A stretch of DNA of 64,000 nucleotides from Candidatus Sulfomarinibacteraceae bacterium (lineage in GTDB: Bacteria; Acidobacteriota; Thermoanaerobaculia; Thermoanaerobaculales; Sulfomarinibacteraceae). Shown here piece after piece: positions 1 through 9,719 of this stretch. The stretch is from contig CAWCLO010000004.1 in NCBI GenBank assembly GCA_963796455.1, positions 320,001 through 384,000 of the forward strand, given 5' to 3'. Below the pieces are notes generated by a model. That model worked only from the letters and a program-made list of their open reading frames with translations, was not told the DNA's origin and ran no database searches. Position 1 is the stretch's first letter. The number at the start of each line of letters is the position of its first letter. Made by a program: the position numbers and the translations under genes.

Positions 1-248
1 GCATCGGCGTCTTCATGGATCCCCTCGATCACGAGCGCCAGTCCGTCGAGCCGACTCTCGACGGACTCATGGCTGCGAAATTTCTGCGCTTCGCCCGGGC
101 CCATGGCGATCCAACCTTCACCGCTCCACTCGCCGACCAGAAATGACATCGCCCGCATGTTTTTTTGTTTCGACGCAAGATCTTCTTGCGCGGCCGCGAA
201 CATGGGGACACAGAGCGCCACAGAGATCGCCAACATTTGCTTTCGCAT
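1..248 (-). CDS. Exported protein, DUF1579-like beta-barrel (partial, runs off the window)
   Basis: Read by hand: AAGGAG RBS, then MRKQMLAISVALCVPMFAAA signal peptide and 'MSFLVGEWSGEGW' motif; open to the window edge. Confidence 0.65.
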   Translation of the reverse strand, partial: MRKQMLAISVALCVPMFAAAQEDLASKQKNMRAMSFLVGEWSGEGWIAMGPGEAQKFRSHESVESRLDGLALVIEGIHEDAD

Positions 249-533
249 GGAATTCTCCTTTGTCAGATTGTACGCATCCGTATAGATTTGATTCCCATTA
301 TCTTTTGACTTCTGTAACATTTTGTCGCGAAGGGCCAAATGCAAAGATGACAATCAGATTTCGCAAGGAAGTGACTGTGGCTTTACGGGTGCCTCTCCGG
401 GGGAAGAAACCCTGGCTTCCATGTTCCGTAGGTTCATGAGAGTCTATCCGCGCGCTTCATCGTTTTCGCGACTCATCGACTTCATGTCGGGGAGCGCGTT
501 TTTCGGGCGGTATCCGCGTTGGTTGTGAGGGAG

Positions 534-2240
534 ATGTTGAAAAAGTTTTTCATCGGGAGCTTCGCGCTCGCGGCCGTCTTGGCCGCTTCGATCGGCGGCG
601 GCCAATTGGTCGCGCAGGATGAAGGCAAGAAGACCTTCGGTACCGCAGTCGATGTCACGGTGGTCAACATCGATGTGTTTGTCCGCGATTCGGAGGGCCG
701 GCCGGTGGATGGGCTCTCGGCCGAGGATTTCAGAATCGTCCAGGGCGGTGTCGAAATTCCGGTGACCAATTTCTCGGTGCTCCAGGAAGGCACCCTTTCC
801 TGGCAGAGCCCTGTCGGCGGTGCCGACGTCCCCGTGGCGGCGGCCCTTCCCGAAGTCGAGCCGGCATATGTGTTGCTCTATATCGACAATGAGTACATCC
901 AGCCGATCCAACGAAAAAGGATGATGCGTCGGGTCCGGGACTTCGTTGAAGAAACGATGCCGCAAGAGGTTCGGATGGGGGTGGCGAGTGCGCGCCGGTC
1001 GTTGGATCTCCGCCAGCCCTTCACGGACGACTCTGAGGCAGTTCTCGAGGCTCTGCAGAAGGTAGGGAAAGAAACCTCTGGTTGGCATACCCGAAACCGC
1101 GAACGCCAGAGGATCCTGGCCGAAATGGACAATTACGCGGCCGACCGGGATTCGCAACGATTCGAGAACGTAGAGACCAACTATGACTTTCTCAACAAAT
1201 TCACCGTCAAAAGCATGATCTGGTCCTATGTCGAGGCGGAGTCCGACATACTGGTCGACTCATTGGCTGCCATGCACCAAGCGATAGAAATGATCGCCGG
1301 AGTCAAAGGCCGGAAGGCGATGGTCCTGATGTCCGGTGGCATGCCGATGACACCCGGCCGCGGTCTGATGGAAGAGTTTGCGGCGGTCTTCAATGATCAG
1401 ACGATCTTCAACGAGATCGGGATTGTCCACAAGGGCGAGAACTATCGATCTCTGGCGACCGCGGCCAACGGCCATCAGGTTCGGATCTACTCGCTCGATG
1501 CCACTGGCTTGAGCACCCCCGATGGCTTCAGCGCCGAGGACAATCTCGCTCCCGAGGCAAGGGCGTCGTGGGCGCGCCAAAAGGATCTCCAGGAGTCCCT
1601 CGGCTATATGGCGGATACCACCGGCGGGTTGGCGGTCTTGAACACCAACGACGTGGCGGTGGGCTTGGGTCTGATCCAGGACGATCTATTCAATTATTAC
1701 TCGCTCGGCTACACCGTTGCGGCGGTCGCTGAGGATGAGGATCACAAGATCAGCATCGAACTGCCGAACCACCCCGAATACACAATCCGTCATCGCCGGT
1801 GGATCACCGAGAAATCTCAGGCGACACAGGTTCAGGATCAGGTGCAGAGCGCCCTCTACCGCGACACCAACAACAACCCGATGGGGCTGGAATTCACCAG
1901 CGGACCTCCAGTGCGGGCTCAGGGAAAACGCTGGCAGGTCCCTTTCGATCTCGCGATACCGATTCGCAATCTGACCATGGTGCGCGAGAACGACACCTGG
2001 GTGGGCTATGTCGATATTCTCCTCAGCGTCCGCGATGAGCGGGGGAGAGAGATGGCGCCGACTCGTCGCGAACACGTGATCATCATTCCGGCGAATGGCT
2101 CCGATACACCGGGAGACGTGCTTTACCGGATCTCCCTGCAGATGTTGTTCAGGAACCAACGCCATACGGTTTCCGTGGGCGTCACAGACCGCCAATCCCA
2201 ACGGACGTCCTTCACCCGTACGGAGATCGAGATCCCCTGA
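534..2240 (+). CDS. VWA-related acidobacterial domain protein
   Basis: Signal peptide; 'VDVTVVNIDVFVRDSEGRPVDGLSAEDF', 'GRKAMVLMSGG', 'ADTTGG', 'YYSLGY' motifs. Confidence 0.85.
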   Translation: MLKKFFIGSFALAAVLAASIGGGQLVAQDEGKKTFGTAVDVTVVNIDVFVRDSEGRPVDGLSAEDFRIVQGGVEIPVTNFSVLQEGTLSWQSPVGGADVPVAAALPEVEPAYVLLYIDNEYIQPIQRKRMMRRVRDFVEETMPQEVRMGVASARRSLDLRQPFTDDSEAVLEALQKVGKETSGWHTRNRERQRILAEMDNYAADRDSQRFENVETNYDFLNKFTVKSMIWSYVEAESDILVDSLAAMHQAIEMIAGVKGRKAMVLMSGGMPMTPGRGLMEEFAAVFNDQTIFNEIGIVHKGENYRSLATAANGHQVRIYSLDATGLSTPDGFSAEDNLAPEARASWARQKDLQESLGYMADTTGGLAVLNTNDVAVGLGLIQDDLFNYYSLGYTVAAVAEDEDHKISIELPNHPEYTIRHRRWITEKSQATQVQDQVQSALYRDTNNNPMGLEFTSGPPVRAQGKRWQVPFDLAIPIRNLTMVRENDTWVGYVDILLSVRDERGREMAPTRREHVIIIPANGSDTPGDVLYRISLQMLFRNQRHTVSVGVTDRQSQRTSFTRTEIEIP

Positions 2241-2769
2241 TCGATTGCCGGGAGCTTATTTTTCCGGTCGATCCGGCGATGTACGGATTCTGAGATGGGT
2301 GCCCGGAAAACCGGACATATCCTCCGGTCCCTTGCACCCTCAAATGGCTGTTCAGCTTGGATGACAACGCGAAATTATTGAAATCTCGCGACTTGCGCAC
2401 GTTTTGCGCCTGAGCTCTTCAGATGCGAAAATCCAGGCATGAAATTTGAATAAAACAGCCAAGTGAAGAAACGATTGCAAGCAAAATATGGAGATGCATT
2501 GGCTGCAGTTTTGAAAAACCACAGCACCTCGGGAGATCAGGCCCCGGCCGACCCGGCCATCGTTCCAGCTTTCTTTACGTCACGTCACAGTTTTTGTTTC
2601 AGAAATCTTAATCGGGGGCTCTTCTGGGGGAGAGTTCCGTTGATTGAAAGGGGGAGGAAAGGACCAGAAGCAGGAGGAGTGATTTTGTTTGTCACTCCGG
2701 CCGGCAGTCGTGTGCCGCGCCCGGTGTGATGTCGTGTATGAATAATTTTTGGATAGAGGAGGATTCGAT

Positions 2770-5700
2770 ATGCGTAGGTTTACGATCGCGGCGCTTGCCG
2801 CCGCAGTTTTGATTCTCGGCGTCTATATCGTCGAGGCACAGGAGACCACCGGTTCGATCGCCGGTACCGTCGTCAATGACGTCGGCACGCCGATCGCTGG
2901 TGCGCTTGTCAATGCTGTTGGAACATCCGGTACGGTCTCGAGTGTTTCGAGTGCCGACGGACGTTTCCGTTTCCCGAGAGTTGCTCCAGGTGGTTACAAG
3001 GTCTCGACGACCTTTGAAGGCTTCCAGCCCGCCGAAACCGACATCACCGTCGTTCTCGGTCAGGCCACCACGGTCAACTTCTCGCTGCAGCAGACCTTCT
3101 CCGAGGAGATTACGGTCTACTCGGACACGGTTTCGATCGATTTCACAGAGAGCCAGACCGAGCTCAGTGTCCGCGAGTGGGAGATCGACTATCTGCCCCG
3201 CGGCCGCGACTTCACCGATGTGGTGAGCTTTGCTGCTGGCGCGACGACCGAGGACCAGGGCGGCGGCATCATGGTTGATGGCGCCTCCGGTCTCGAGAAC
3301 CGCTTCATCATCGACGGCCTCGACACCACCGATCCTCAGATCGGAAACAGCTCGGTGCCGATCCGCGCCGAGATGATGGAAGAGGTCCAGGTCAAGTCGG
3401 CCGGTTACATGGCCGAGTATGGCGGCGCGATGGGCGGCGTGGTCAACGCCGTGACCAAGTCGGGCTCGAATGAGTTCCACGGCTCGGTCTTCGTCGACTA
3501 CGAGAACAACTCCTGGAACGGCGCCCAGCGCCCGGAGATCGAGTACGACCTCGATGATCCGACCCAGGCCGGTTACGAGACCTACAAGAAGGACGACCGC
3601 GTCCGCTACGATCCGGGTTTCTCGATCGGTGGACCGATCCTCCGTGATCGTCTGTGGTTCTTTGCGTCCTACATTCCGGGCATCCGCTCGACCGAGCGTT
3701 ATGTCGACTGGGTGAGCTTTGATCCCCAGACCTACAAGTCAGATTTCCGGGTCGACTATGCGACCGCGAACCTGACCGCCAACATCTCGAGTGCGCTGCT
3801 GTTGAAGGCCGGCCTCAACCTCTCGCCCTACGAGACCGATGGCCTGCTCCCCAACCCTGATGGTCGCGCCGACCTTCCGGGCGATGAGAACTACTCACCG
3901 CTTGGAGTCAAGGGCGAGCGTGAGACCTATTACTTGAACGCCGACTGGATCGCCAGCGACAACTTCGTCGTCAGCGGCCGCGTGGGCTACTACAAGACCA
4001 ACAGCGAAGACACGGGTATCCCGATCTTCCCGTTGATCCACAACTACTCCACCGGGAGCACCGCGGGCTTTGTCGATCGTCACCCCGAGATCCCGGCGCA
4101 GTGGCAGCAGGGCGCGGGCTGGTTGAGCGACAACCTTCAGACCGGTGTGGACATCCGCGACATCTACGAGCGGACCGCATACGCAATCGACGGCACCGCG
4201 TATTTCCGTGGCGCCGGCGACCACTCGCTGAAGTTCGGTTACCAGAACGAGAAGATCGCCAACGATGTGTCCTCGGGCTACAACGCCGACCGGATCCTCT
4301 ACTACTGGGATCGCAACTACACGACGACCTCATCCGAGAGCGTGACCGGTGACTACGGTTACTTCCGTCTGCTCAACATCTCGGCCTTCGGTAATGTCGA
4401 GACCAACAACGAGGCCATCTTCATCCAGGACGCATGGAGCGTGCTGCCCAACCTGACCCTCAACCTCGGCGTCCGTTCCGAGCATGAGGCGATCCCGAAC
4501 TTCGGCGCCACCGGCCCCGATCCGGCGATCGAGTTCAACTTTGGTGAGAAGATTGCCCCGCGTATCGGTTTTGCCTGGGACATCATGAACAACGCCAAGT
4601 GGAAGCTCTATGGTTCCATGGGCAAATACTATGATGTGACCAAGTACGAGATGCCGCGTGGATCCTTCGGCGGCAACAAATGGGTCGACTACTTCTACAC
4701 ATTCGACACAGCCGACCCGGGTCTCAACTCCGATGCCGGCTGCCGCGTCGGAACCAACACCATCAACGAGCGCCCGGTCTGTGGCGCTGGAACCTTCATC
4801 GAGGCGGTTGACCGCCGTCACAATGCCGCCGACCCGGCGGAGTGGGAAGCCATCGGCGTGCCGCTGGTCGATCCCGACATCAAACCGATGGAGAACTACG
4901 AGTACCAGATCGGTGTGGATCATCAGCTGAACTCCGACATCCAGCTCGGAGCCCGCCTGGTTCACAAGGAACTCAAGCGTTCGATCGAGGACATCGGCTT
5001 CCTCTATCCCGGCATCGGTGAGGTCTATGTCATCGGTAACCCGGGCGAAGGCATCACCGCCGGTGCGACCGACGAGGGTCTCTTCTTCCCGAAACCGCAG
5101 CGCGACTACGATGCGCTCGAGTTCACCTTCGACAAACGTTTTGCCGACAACTGGTCGCTGCGGGCGTACTACACCCTCAGCCGCCTCTACGGCAACTACT
5201 CCGGTCTCGCCAACTCGGACGAGATGAACGCCGTTTACAGCCCGCGTGCCGCAGTCGGTGCCGGCGCCCGTCGTTCGCCGAACGTCAGCCGTCTGTATGA
5301 CTCGGTCTTCGGCTACTACGATGAGAATGGCGACCATGTCTATGGCGAGCTCCCCACCAACCGTACCCACCAGATCGGGGCGCAGTTCCTGTACAGCTTC
5401 CCGATCGGTTTCAACGTGGGTGTCAACCAGTACATCGGCAGCGGAACTCCGCTCACGACCTACGGAACCGTGCCGATCGGCAACGAGTTCTATCCCTATG
5501 GCCGTGGCGATCTGGGAACGACCTCTTGGATCACCCAGACCGATCTGTCGTTGTTCTACACGCTGACCTTCGGTCGTGGAATGGGCCTCACCTTCGGGCT
5601 GACCGTGCTCAACCTCTTCGACCAGGACACCGTGACCTCGACCTGGAACAAGACTGCCGAGCAGGATGTTCCGATCACCGCCGACGACGTCATGACCGGC

Positions 5701-5820
5701 TACAGCTATGCTGCGCTGTTGGCGTCTCTCGGTCCGGAAGCCCTGGATGTGCGTTTCGGACTCGACAACGCCCGCCAGGCTCCGCGTGAACTCCGCTTGA
5801 CCGTCAAGTTTGAGTTCTAG
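2770..5820 (+). CDS. TonB-dependent receptor with N-terminal carboxypeptidase-regulatory-like domain (Oar-like)
   Basis: Signal peptide, 'TGSIAGTV', 'LPRGRDF', 'AEYGGAMGGVVNAVTKSGSNEFHG' plug motif, C-terminal Phe. Confidence 0.92.
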   Translation: MRRFTIAALAAAVLILGVYIVEAQETTGSIAGTVVNDVGTPIAGALVNAVGTSGTVSSVSSADGRFRFPRVAPGGYKVSTTFEGFQPAETDITVVLGQATTVNFSLQQTFSEEITVYSDTVSIDFTESQTELSVREWEIDYLPRGRDFTDVVSFAAGATTEDQGGGIMVDGASGLENRFIIDGLDTTDPQIGNSSVPIRAEMMEEVQVKSAGYMAEYGGAMGGVVNAVTKSGSNEFHGSVFVDYENNSWNGAQRPEIEYDLDDPTQAGYETYKKDDRVRYDPGFSIGGPILRDRLWFFASYIPGIRSTERYVDWVSFDPQTYKSDFRVDYATANLTANISSALLLKAGLNLSPYETDGLLPNPDGRADLPGDENYSPLGVKGERETYYLNADWIASDNFVVSGRVGYYKTNSEDTGIPIFPLIHNYSTGSTAGFVDRHPEIPAQWQQGAGWLSDNLQTGVDIRDIYERTAYAIDGTAYFRGAGDHSLKFGYQNEKIANDVSSGYNADRILYYWDRNYTTTSSESVTGDYGYFRLLNISAFGNVETNNEAIFIQDAWSVLPNLTLNLGVRSEHEAIPNFGATGPDPAIEFNFGEKIAPRIGFAWDIMNNAKWKLYGSMGKYYDVTKYEMPRGSFGGNKWVDYFYTFDTADPGLNSDAGCRVGTNTINERPVCGAGTFIEAVDRRHNAADPAEWEAIGVPLVDPDIKPMENYEYQIGVDHQLNSDIQLGARLVHKELKRSIEDIGFLYPGIGEVYVIGNPGEGITAGATDEGLFFPKPQRDYDALEFTFDKRFADNWSLRAYYTLSRLYGNYSGLANSDEMNAVYSPRAAVGAGARRSPNVSRLYDSVFGYYDENGDHVYGELPTNRTHQIGAQFLYSFPIGFNVGVNQYIGSGTPLTTYGTVPIGNEFYPYGRGDLGTTSWITQTDLSLFYTLTFGRGMGLTFGLTVLNLFDQDTVTSTWNKTAEQDVPITADDVMTGYSYAALLASLGPEALDVRFGLDNARQAPRELRLTVKFEF

Positions 5821-5851
5821 GCTTTATTCAATCTGCGCAGCAATGCGCTTC

Positions 5852-5881
5852 AAGGGGCTGCCTTCGGGCAGCCCCTTTTTT
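5852..5881 (+). terminator. Rho-independent terminator
   Basis: AAGGGGCTGCC-TTCG-GGCAGCCCC-TTTTTT just after the receptor stop codon. Confidence 0.9.
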
Positions 5882-6240
5882 ATGGCTATGAAGCTATGGT
5901 CGGCCGCTTCGCGGCCTGGCTATGAAGCGATGAGGGTCTTGCAGAATTGCGGGGATACCTGAAAAAGTTTGGAGTCCGAGGCCCCATTGCCTCACGGCCC
6001 CATAGCCCCAAGGCTCATCGTCTATGGCCGGCTGTTGCGCAGCCTGGATTTGAGGCAGTGAGGCTCTGATCGGTCGCTTTGCTCCCTGGCTATGAAGCTA
6101 TGAGGGTTCTGCAGAATCGTGGTGACACGGGAAAGAGAGTTCGGAGTCCATAGCCCCATTGCCTCACCGCCCCATGCCCCATAGCCCCATAGCCCCATAG
6201 CCCCATAGCTCCATAGCCTCACTGCCCCACTGCCCTCACC
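5882..6240. repeat. Two diverged ~170-bp units built from inverted octamer repeats (GGCTATGA / CATAGCCC)
   Basis: Units starting at 5901 and 6071 share CCTGGCTATGAAGC.ATGAGGGT..TGCAGAAT...GGAGTCC...GCCCCATTGCCTCAC; CATAGCCC tandem array at 6180-6219. Confidence 0.8.
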
Positions 6241-6243
6241 TCA

Positions 6244-7005
6244 TCAAGGAACGAGGCGCCTGCCTTCTTCGGAGAATATGGGCGAAGCAACCACCTTCCA
6301 CTTGTTGAGCCGATACGAAATCGAGGTGCCGAGAACGCCGAGGCCATAGACCACGCTGCGGCCGAGATCGATAGAGGATGCTTCGGGAAAGTAGTGGGCC
6401 GGGCAGGAGACCTCGCCGATGCGGAATCCGAAGTAGGCCGCCTGGGCGAGCATCTGGTTGTCAAATACGAAGTCGTCCGAATTCTCCAAAAGCGGCAGGG
6501 TGGTCAAGACCTCGCGTGAAAATGCGCGATAGCCGGTGTGGTACTCGGAGAGCTTTTTTGCCAACAGGATATTTTCGAAAAGAGTCAATGCCCGGTTGGC
6601 GACGTATTTATACAGCGGCATCCCACCCTGCAACGCGCCTTCCGACAGAATTCGTGAACCGAGCACCAGATCGTATTGGCCGATCGCCACCAGTGAGGCC
6701 AGAGCGACGAGCAGTTTCGGGGTGTATTGGTAGTCGGGGTGAAGCATGATCACCACGTCGGTACCGCGTTCGAGGGCTTCGCGGTAGCACGTCTTTTGAT
6801 TGGCGCCATAGCCCAGATTGCGGTCGTGCACGACGGTGTGGAGGCCAAGTTCACGGGCGAACTCGGCGGTTCGGTCGAGACTGCCGTCGTCGACAAGGAT
6901 CAGATCGTCGACGAATCCTTCTGGTATTTCGTCGACGGTTTGTCGCAGGGTTGCCTCGGCGTTGAATGCCGGAAGCACCACGGTGATTTTCTTGCCATGG
7001 ATCAC
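6244..7005 (-). CDS. Glycosyltransferase family 2 (polyprenol-phosphate glycosyltransferase-like)
   Basis: 'VVLPAFN', 'LVDDGS', 'NLGYGANQK', 'HPDYQY', 'EYHTGYRAF' motifs; GTG start. Confidence 0.9.
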   Translation of the reverse strand: MIHGKKITVVLPAFNAEATLRQTVDEIPEGFVDDLILVDDGSLDRTAEFARELGLHTVVHDRNLGYGANQKTCYREALERGTDVVIMLHPDYQYTPKLLVALASLVAIGQYDLVLGSRILSEGALQGGMPLYKYVANRALTLFENILLAKKLSEYHTGYRAFSREVLTTLPLLENSDDFVFDNQMLAQAAYFGFRIGEVSCPAHYFPEASSIDLGRSVVYGLGVLGTSISYRLNKWKVVASPIFSEEGRRLVP

Positions 7006-7127
7006 GTTGGTGTCCCTCTTCCCCGATTGGTGATCGCAGCTCCTTGAAGATCATAGCCCGGGCTTTGTCGCGCGTCGCCCCGAAAAGACGCCGAAATGGC
7101 CCGAGGTGTCTGTAGAATGCTCGGACC

Positions 7128-9146
7128 ATGGCTCGTTCACGAACCCGCAAACGACCGGCCAAGAAGCCGCAGCTCAGCCGAAAGACGGTGACCAATGCAC
7201 CGCCGGTAACGCCTGCAACGGCGCTGCCGCGCGCGGCGCGGTTGGCTCTGCTCGGGGTTGCCCTGCTCCTCGTGGTTTTCACCGATGACCGTCACGTCGG
7301 CGGGGTAGCGGACGGCCGGCAGATGATCCGAACTGCCATCGCCATCTCGGAAACCGGGGAGATCGGCCAGGCCCGGGATCTCGATTTCAGTATCCCGAGA
7401 AAGCAGGGTGATGCGGTCTCCCGATTCGGCATGGGTTTCAGCCTGCTCCAGGTCCCGGCCGCCTGGCTGGCGCCAAAGGTGGAGTCCATCAGTGGACCGT
7501 CCTCTTCGCAGTTCCTTTTTCTCCTCGTGCCGATCCTCGGTGTGTTGTTGACCGCTTGGGCCGCGGCGCATGCGGCGCTCTTGCTTGGTGCTCCTCCATC
7601 AGCCGCCGCTCCGGCGGTTTTGTTGGCCTCGATCGCGTCTCCTCTGGCGTCGTATGGGGCGATGGAGTTTTCTGAACCGGTGCAGGCGGCCGCCCTAGGT
7701 CTCGCCTTTGCCGCTGCGTTGGCCGCCGCCAAGCGTGCTGATCGGGACGGCGGCCGGCTTGCGGCTGCGGCCGGCGCCGCCGCGGCATTTGCGGTTCTCA
7801 GCAAATCGAGTCTGGTGGTGATCGCGCCGTGGACCCTGCTGCCGCTGTTGGCCGCGGGTGGTTTTCGCAGAGCGCGGCCGAAGATCATCGCCGCCGGTCT
7901 CGGTGCGGCACCGATCTTGGTGCTGTGGCTGGTCTTCGAGTTGATTCGATTCGGTCGTCTGTTCGGCGGCTATCCCGATGACCGTTTCACCAACAATTTC
8001 TTTGACGGTTTCTGGCGCCTGTTGATCGGCCCGAACCGGGGACTGTTGGTGTTCTACCCGGTTGCGATTCTGGCCGGGCTCTGGGCGTGGCGTGCCCTGC
8101 GAAGCGAGTGCCTGTCAAAAAAACTGGCGGCCGTTGCGGTGTGGGTACCAACTATCGGTATGGTTTTCATAGCCGCTCCTTACTGGGGCTGGCACGGCAT
8201 GGAGGGGTGGGGCCCGCGTTTGATCCTGCCGTCGGTCGCCCTGCTGGCTCCGCTGGCGGCATCGATGCTCGCGCAATGGCCCATCCGAGTGGCCTGGGCG
8301 GTCGTGGTGGTCTGTTCGGTGCTGAATGCGGCACCCCTCCTGCAGCATCCGACGCCGGTGGCGACCTACATCATGAACTGCCGCTGGCCGGAGATCCCGG
8401 CCGGGCGCGAAGTCTCTGATTACCCCTTCTACGCACGTTCCGAGGCCGCCGATGGGTCGGCGACCGTCGTGCCGTTCGAGGTCCTCGAGCGGGAGGCGTC
8501 GGCGTCTTCATTTGTCGTCTATCCCTGGTATCTCGGTGCATCAGCACAAACCGGGTCCGAGCTGAAAAAACGATTACAGGCGCCCCCGTGGTCTGATGCG
8601 CGGCCGGACATCGTGCCGGAAAGCGCTCTCCTGCGGCCCGAATCGATCAGGCGTCTGGCTCCGGAGCCCAGGCTCGGTTTTCTCGGCCGTTCGCTGTGGG
8701 CCGGCACCGGATCCGATGCCGGGGGCGTCTACGACGAAGGCCTGCGCGACCAGGTTATTCGGGCCCAACAACTCCGCGAAGATGAACGGGCGGTCGAACT
8801 CGCCGAAAAACTGCTTCGCCTGGTTCCGTCGGGGGAATCCGATGCCCTGCTCCTCGAGAGCTATCGCCTGGCGGGGTGGCGGACCCGGGCACAGGAATAT
8901 ATCCGGTCGGTGCCGCGATCGCGGCGGGATCACCCGAGGATCAACGTCGTGCTTGCCCTTTTCGAGCGTGATGCGGGCAACGAGTCCGGCGCGAAGGCAC
9001 TGCTTGGACCAGTGATCGGTGCTCTTGCAGGGACGCCGGCCTCGGACGCGCTCTATCGGCCGCTTTCCGAGTGGCCCGACGATCTGCACGCGATGACGAC
9101 GACCCCTCGCCGCGATGCGATGGTGGCCGGACCCGGGAACAGCTGA
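7128..9146 (+). CDS. Multi-pass membrane protein, probable GT-C-fold glycosyltransferase with a C-terminal TPR-like region
   Basis: About 10 hydrophobic segments, acidic first loop, 'FSEP', 'RGLLVFYP', 'WGPRLILP' motifs. Confidence 0.6.
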   Translation: MARSRTRKRPAKKPQLSRKTVTNAPPVTPATALPRAARLALLGVALLLVVFTDDRHVGGVADGRQMIRTAIAISETGEIGQARDLDFSIPRKQGDAVSRFGMGFSLLQVPAAWLAPKVESISGPSSSQFLFLLVPILGVLLTAWAAAHAALLLGAPPSAAAPAVLLASIASPLASYGAMEFSEPVQAAALGLAFAAALAAAKRADRDGGRLAAAAGAAAAFAVLSKSSLVVIAPWTLLPLLAAGGFRRARPKIIAAGLGAAPILVLWLVFELIRFGRLFGGYPDDRFTNNFFDGFWRLLIGPNRGLLVFYPVAILAGLWAWRALRSECLSKKLAAVAVWVPTIGMVFIAAPYWGWHGMEGWGPRLILPSVALLAPLAASMLAQWPIRVAWAVVVVCSVLNAAPLLQHPTPVATYIMNCRWPEIPAGREVSDYPFYARSEAADGSATVVPFEVLEREASASSFVVYPWYLGASAQTGSELKKRLQAPPWSDARPDIVPESALLRPESIRRLAPEPRLGFLGRSLWAGTGSDAGGVYDEGLRDQVIRAQQLREDERAVELAEKLLRLVPSGESDALLLESYRLAGWRTRAQEYIRSVPRSRRDHPRINVVLALFERDAGNESGAKALLGPVIGALAGTPASDALYRPLSEWPDDLHAMTTTPRRDAMVAGPGNS

Positions 9147-9580
9147 TCACTCGAGTCCAAGGCGGTGCCTCGGACAGCGTTCAGGGACAGCGACAGGGAA
9201 CGGCAAACAGCAAAAAAAACCGTAGCATCCAGCGATCAGCGGCAGCAAACAGTCGCCAGCGGCAGTGTTCAGTCATCAGCGTCAGCGATCAGCGGCCGGG
9301 ACAGTGAACGGCACTCATTTCTTCGGGACTCCGCCCTTGGGGGTGCGGCCGTCTCGGCCGCACGGTGGGCAGGCGAGACGCCGACACCACAACGGCTGTT
9401 CCTTTTATTGAACGACCCGGAGGTGATCACGCCGTCGCTGCTCCTGATTGCTGCCCCTGATCTCTGCCTCTGATCGCTGATCCTTGTCGCTGCCCCTGGA
9501 AACTGTCGCTGCCGCTGCAATTCGGGCACGGAAGCGGACGCGGACGCGGGCGCGGAGCAACCGCGATTCGGATATGCCAA
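9146..9580 (-). mobile_element. Gene-less copy (E1) of the four-helix-bundle cassette, containing a REP doublet
   Basis: Shares TCACTCGAGTCCAAG end, GAACGACCCGGAGGTG arm, TGTCGCTGCCGCTGCAATTCGG and the last gene codons plus stop with the copies at 15.3 and 25.8 kb. Confidence 0.75.
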
Positions 9581-9670
9581 CAACCAACCGCCAATCCAAG
9601 TGTTGTCGAGAGAGCAACTTTATCGACGAATTGGGGTTGACAGCAATGACAGCTGAGGCCACCTATATAT

Positions 9671-9702
9671 AAAAAAAACCGCCCCGGAGTGGGGCGGTTT
9701 TT
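9671..9702. terminator. Bidirectional intrinsic terminator
   Basis: A8-CCGCCCC-GGAGT-GGGGCGG-T5, directly downstream of the minus-strand gene ending at 9720. Confidence 0.85.
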
Positions 9703-9719
9703 GTGCTCAAATGTATTTG

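Noticed and set aside
2430..2452. Sigma-54 promoter upstream of the TonB receptor (AGGCATGAAATTTGAA)
   Set aside because: GG-N10-GA rather than GG-N10-GC; too weak without expression data.
5882..6240. CRISPR array (also considered for the CAGCG-rich repeats)
   Set aside because: No identical 25-40 bp repeats separated by unique spacers, and no cas genes.
9165..9583. Short ORFs inside the repeat elements (also 35034-35323, 15842-16127, 25930-26283)
   Set aside because: Their mutual similarity comes from the shared DNA repeat; frames and lengths are not conserved between copies.
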